This document shows positions 59,598 to 64,000 of a stretch of DNA of 64,000 bases, in pieces. The stretch is from the NCBI GenBank assembly GCA_047495785.1, contig JBLDXI010000019.1:3224001-3288000 (forward strand), written 5' to 3'. Source of the stretch: Lepidodermella squamata (Eukaryota; Animalia; Gastrotricha). The notes beneath the pieces were generated by a model. The model had not been told where the DNA came from. It saw only the letters and a program-made list of their open reading frames with translations, and did no database searches. The translations under genes and the position numbers were made by a program. The first letter of the stretch is position 1; each line of letters opens with the position of its first letter.

Positions 59598-61748
59598 TTA
59601 CATAAACTTGTGTAAAGCATTAGCTATCCAGTCAATTTGCTCAGCGGTTAGCTCAACAAAACGCCCAGGTTTACCAGCTGAACAGCTTTCATCGCGCTTG
59701 GAAAAGACACCAATAATTCCAAAACGTTCGCTAACACCTCGAGTGAACGCTAGTTTCCACAACAACGGACTGCCTTGATCGCCATCACACGGCACTCCTT
59801 GCTCGTTAGATACATTTTCGAAACAAATCTCGTTGTTGGGGGAGAAATTCGGATCTTGAAGTTTCGCTTTACACGTATCACTGCCCATCTTACCGCCAGT
59901 GACGTAACGCGGTAGCCCCTGGCTTGTTAGTCCATATCGACCATTTTTGCCCCAGCCAGCGAAGAATAATCGCTCGTTTTCATCCCCTTCATCGAGATCT
60001 GTCATCAACCAGCAAGCGTCGTTGACGTATGCATTTGCTAGATCGATTGCGTCCTCAATTAGCAGGACAGCGAGTGATGCCCCAGTTTTGACCTCTGCGA
60101 TTTTATGAGTCTTGCTGTGGCTCTCCGTGACTTGCAAATCATGTACACCAACAACTACGTCGTAGGCTGAAATGGCAGTGGTTTCAATGCAATCTTTTGT
60201 TGTTACGAGTCTGGTTTGGTCGAGGATGGTTGCTGAGCAAACGTGTTTACCATTCTTACGCAACGAAGCTAACCATGGAAATTGACCTGGTTTCGGGACA
60301 ACCGCATTCCCACTGCCGTAGGTCGGAATAGGTGTTAGGGGGAGTTTCGGAGAGCCGCAAGGTGCTGATCCAATCACAGCTCGGCAGGCCTGGGATAGTT
60401 GAGCAACTTCGAGGGGGTTCAACTCAAGGTCGTAAAGGTAAACACAGGCCATTCCGTCCTTGGGTTGAAAAGTGTTAAGATCGTCGGAGCCTACTCTGAT
60501 TCCATAGACATTACGCAAGTCCGTGGGAAGTTGGCTGAGGGTTCTCACGTTAAGATTCCCGAATCGGTCAAGGGCAGCCATTTTTCTTGTCTCAGTGTTC
60601 AAAGTGATTGTCACGAAGCTCCAAGCCCCTTTCAAATTGATAACAGAGCCGAAGTAGACCGTTTCATCGCCTATGGTCACAGCCAATTTTTCATCAGCAG
60701 TGAAAACCTTGATCGCCTGAGCTGTGTCGTAGCTTACGAAGGAAAACAAGCCGCGTTGCTGGGAGCTGCTAGCATCTCGTCGATATGCAAACGATAGCGT
60801 GAAAGTCTTGGTCAGTTTAAAGTTCGTGTCCCTAACTTCGAAGAGAGGTTCTTCATCGTCGGAACCGAGGGCGGTTTTCGGATCACCGAATGGACCGGGC
60901 TCAACCGTGAGAGAATCAAAATATGAGGCGCGAAAATTGTGCGGACCAAGGTCTTTCAACATTTGCTGACCTGTCATTGGGAAAAAGGCGACCAAGTTAT
61001 CAGGTCTTGGCCAAGGTTGGTTGAAGTTGGAAGGAAGTTGCTTGGCTCGACAAATGTCATCGAGCAGGGTGATTTCGTCGTAATTCAGCGCGGATTTGTA
61101 AATCATTACACATGCCATCGCGTCATTCTTATTGAAGTCGATGCTGCCGTGTTGATCGTTCTCCCCAGCCCCAATTATAACAGCAGTTCTATTGAGGCCA
61201 CGAGGTAAGTCGGCTGCCACAGTTTTCAGAGGTAACCCGTTGATGAAAACACTGAAGCTCGACACGGCGTAGGTCACAGTCAAAAAATTCCACGTATTTA
61301 GCTTCAACTCGTTTTCCAGAATCAAAAACGCATCCTCGTCATTTTCAGAGAAGTGAAGGCTTTGTCCGTCATAGAAGATGGAGAGTATGTTGAACCTGCC
61401 TCTAGTCATTGAAAGTATTCCACCTTTCCCAACTAACTCCGGGTAGATGGCTAGGTACACGGTGAAAGAGTCGTCAATAGTTAGAGCAGCGTCAGCGAAA
61501 ATTGCTTTTTGGGCATCTTCGTCTGCATCTGGATCGGTTCTGTAAGAGCTTTTCGGAATGTCGAACGGGCCATTGAATTCAGCGTTGAGAATAGAATTCA
61601 TACTAATCCCAGGATTACCGTTCACAAGATTTTCCAAACCATGCTTAGCATCCAGTGGCCAGAAACCAATCAGGTTCGAAAACTGGGGAACCTCGAGCCC
61701 TGCAGTTAGGGACACGAGCGATAACAACAGAGCAACAAATTTAGACAT
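59598..61748 (-). CDS. Secreted protein with two LamG/pentraxin-like domains and a catalytically dead trypsin-like domain
   Basis: Signal peptide and two repeats of (G/A)F(W/F)P(L/M)...GPF...FT...W-x-F-x-T-x-T...MACV..Y. The trypsin domain has PGQFPW and HVCSATI, but TTKDC replaces TAAHC and GDQGSP replaces GDSGGP. Confidence 0.85.
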   Translation of the reverse strand: MSKFVALLLSLVSLTAGLEVPQFSNLIGFWPLDAKHGLENLVNGNPGISMNSILNAEFNGPFDIPKSSYRTDPDADEDAQKAIFADAALTIDDSFTVYLAIYPELVGKGGILSMTRGRFNILSIFYDGQSLHFSENDEDAFLILENELKLNTWNFLTVTYAVSSFSVFINGLPLKTVAADLPRGLNRTAVIIGAGENDQHGSIDFNKNDAMACVMIYKSALNYDEITLLDDICRAKQLPSNFNQPWPRPDNLVAFFPMTGQQMLKDLGPHNFRASYFDSLTVEPGPFGDPKTALGSDDEEPLFEVRDTNFKLTKTFTLSFAYRRDASSSQQRGLFSFVSYDTAQAIKVFTADEKLAVTIGDETVYFGSVINLKGAWSFVTITLNTETRKMAALDRFGNLNVRTLSQLPTDLRNVYGIRVGSDDLNTFQPKDGMACVYLYDLELNPLEVAQLSQACRAVIGSAPCGSPKLPLTPIPTYGSGNAVVPKPGQFPWLASLRKNGKHVCSATILDQTRLVTTKDCIETTAISAYDVVVGVHDLQVTESHSKTHKIAEVKTGASLAVLLIEDAIDLANAYVNDACWLMTDLDEGDENERLFFAGWGKNGRYGLTSQGLPRYVTGGKMGSDTCKAKLQDPNFSPNNEICFENVSNEQGVPCDGDQGSPLLWKLAFTRGVSERFGIIGVFSKRDESCSAGKPGRFVELTAEQIDWIANALHKFM

Positions 61749-62066
61749 TTTTGAAAATGATTTGATTCATGTACATTTTGGAGGGTTTTATAGCCTTGCT
61801 TATGTTTTCGCGGACCACATACCGCAGACTTAGGAAAGCAGCTTATCTAGGAAGTACTGGCCTTATCTGAAACAAAAACTAAATATGTCTTGAAGGATCA
61901 TAGATGCAGATGGAATCGACCTATATTATGAAACTTTTGAAACGATATCCAATAACGACACTACTGAGATATCCAAAAAACAAGTACACCGCAACTCATT
62001 TATTAGCGAAAGTTGGTTATACACATGTACAAAAGAGTCTAGTTTTAACGGGGGATTGAAGATCTT

Positions 62067-62804
62067 TTACGCAGGACTTGGAGAAGCTGTCTTATGCCTG
62101 CTCCATTTGAATGCTTGCTTGAATTTCCCCCAAAGATTACCGAAGAACCCCGGCTTCAAACATCGAACCGCCGGCTCGATACTCGCCTCAATCATGTAGA
62201 CGAGTGCCGCAGCTTGAAAAAAGTCGGCTGTTATTAATTTCGGGCCGAGATCTTCAAAAAAAATCTGGAAGATGAAGACAAACAACAATGGCATCCGAAC
62301 TACCAAATAGATAGCCATTGACACGGCAGTCTGCTTAGCAAAGAAAAGTTCGCGGGCTTGCCACTTATTATGCATGTTGCGAAGGGTGCAAGCTGCAGTT
62401 TCGACGCTAGTCGCATCGGCATTCGAGCTACCACTGAAACGGAGCTTAAGGGATCGAAATTTTTTGAAAATTATCCTGCAAATAACAATGATCTTTTTAG
62501 ACCACTTTTCGCAACCTGGAATTGCAATTTTGCTCACCAGTTATTTTTTGCGATGAAGTATCCCGGCATAGCCATCGTGGTAGTGAAGTAGACGAGATTA
62601 AGCACGGTTGTGTCGTAATTACCCAGTCTATAACCAAAGCTAGAACATAGCGCTAGACTCGATCCATTGCTGACCCGGCAGCCGGGACTCGATCGTCGTG
62701 CGTCCAAGATCGGTATACCAGCCGATGAAATAAGGCCTAGGCTTATCATCGCCATTGCTAGAAAAGTTTGCCAATATCCACGATTGACTCAAAGAACTAC
62801 TCAT
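62067..62804 (-). pseudogene. GPCR paralogue with an internal deletion of about 500 bp (TM1-TM4 lost)
   Basis: The N-terminus ...GRTTIESRLP is joined out of frame to SNGSSLALCSSFGYRLGNYDTT. The 3' exon is intact. Confidence 0.8.
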
Positions 62805-62970
62805 TTCTCATGACTTCAATTCTCTATTATATTTGCATTCATAAGCCTTTTGAGTGATAAAGTAACTGATGATCTCGCTTGAATGGCAGCAATTAGTCTA
62901 TGTTATCTGAGATGTTGTCAATTATTGCTAAGACTCGAAACTATAATAGCTGAACTAATCGAAGCATGTA

Positions 62971-63908
62971 GGGTAAAGTGACCTAATGTGTCATAATTTC
63001 GCTACCTTTTTTTCGAGGCCCGATATCTACTCACCTGAGGGGTCCCGGCCCGATTTTTGTTGACAGGGACCTCAGTTAGGGTCTTGGCTTCGATAATCCG
63101 TCGAAAAAGTTCGACCCCGATGCCTATTGTGAGTGAGGCAGCTGGTGTTGTGACGCAAGAGACCGATTATGACAAATTAGGAGCCGGCGCCTATTTCGTC
63201 ATAATTTTTCGACCAACGGTCCTAATTGTCATAATGGGGTCTAGAGTTATTTTTTTGACCTGCCGTTATAGGATTAGGTAAATGCTCTATATTGTTTTTA
63301 ATCTAAATTTTATTGCTTTTTCGCTGTCAGAAGCACAATTTTTAGGAAATTTCTTCCAATTCGTAGTGATGTGATGACCCTTCAACTAAAATGCTCTGGT
63401 TAGAGTGCAATTTCTGTTTAGCTGTCATGAAAATAGGCTCCTATGCATGCTGTACATGCCGAATGGCCTTGGCCTAGTTTCCTAACACTAAATAAGGCTA
63501 AATAGGTCATCTAATATGCCTTATTTCGTTCTCGAACAGCTTAATTCGGTATCAGGAATTCTTTGGGGCATCCCTGGCTAGCAGAGGCCGACCATGTCAA
63601 ATTGGTATTGTTCGGAAATGACCCTATGGCGCTATCTCGAAACTAGTGAAACTGCAAATAAAACTGTACCTACCGAGTGCACTAAGATCCAAAGTTTTCG
63701 ATTCTGCCTCGATCTTAACGTAAATTTTGATGACGGATGGCATCAGCTTACCATGGTAGAGGAGCCAACCAATAGGATTTGGCATAATTTCCGTAGACTT
63801 GTCGATTATACTCAGACGAACTAAAACCCATTTAGGACCCCTCAGGTGAGTAGATATCGGCCTCGAAAAAAAGTAAGCGAAATTATGACACATTAGGTCA
63901 CTTTACCC
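62971..63908. mobile_element. TA-flanked MITE / non-autonomous DNA transposon with ~75-bp TIRs
   Basis: TA|GGGTAAAGTGACCTAATGTGTCATAATTTCGCT...GGGTCC (62971-63045) is inverted at 63835-63908|TA with only a few differences. Confidence 0.85.
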
Positions 63909-64000
63909 TAGGCAAAGATGATTATCACCACTACTCATCAACTTCTCTCTCAAGCATTTCGTTGCGTTTGAAAGGCGCCGCTTTCGAAATGATCTATCCA

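Overview
Invertebrate animal genomic DNA with AT-rich GT-AG introns and nematode-like TTTTCAG/TTTTAG acceptors; the host cannot be identified from sequence alone. 1-34.7 kb holds host genes: three small secreted-peptide paralogues, a GLIS/ZIC-type zinc-finger factor, a prokineticin-fold protein, an NHL-repeat protein, a large sushi/EB-module membrane protein, a tiny Cys-rich prepropeptide and a cluster of divergent GPCR-like genes. The main feature is an apparently intact 21,936-bp Polinton/Maverick (adintovirus-like) element at 34719-56654. It has AG...CT ends, 85-bp TIRs and a 6-bp TATGTA target-site duplication, and it is inserted in the last exon of a GPCR gene. It carries the full core set: pPolB, integrase, major capsid, penton, adenain-type protease, packaging ATPase and core proteins. 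Three things about it are unusual. (i) I can reconstruct 20 spliceosomal introns of 47-55 nt, nine of them in pPolB, several splitting catalytic motifs. (ii) It carries a RING E3 ligase followed by five divergent UBL3/MUB-like ubiquitin-fold genes and an MPPED-type metallophosphoesterase, each preceded by a 3' splice acceptor just before the ATG. (iii) Its right arm encodes a CDK-like pseudokinase, a TBP-like protein and a degenerate SF2-helicase domain. After the element come a non-autonomous piggyBac, an intronless LamG/trypsin-homologue gene, an internally deleted GPCR pseudogene and a TA-flanked MITE. Splice models were derived by hand and family assignments come from remembered motifs; no database searches were run.
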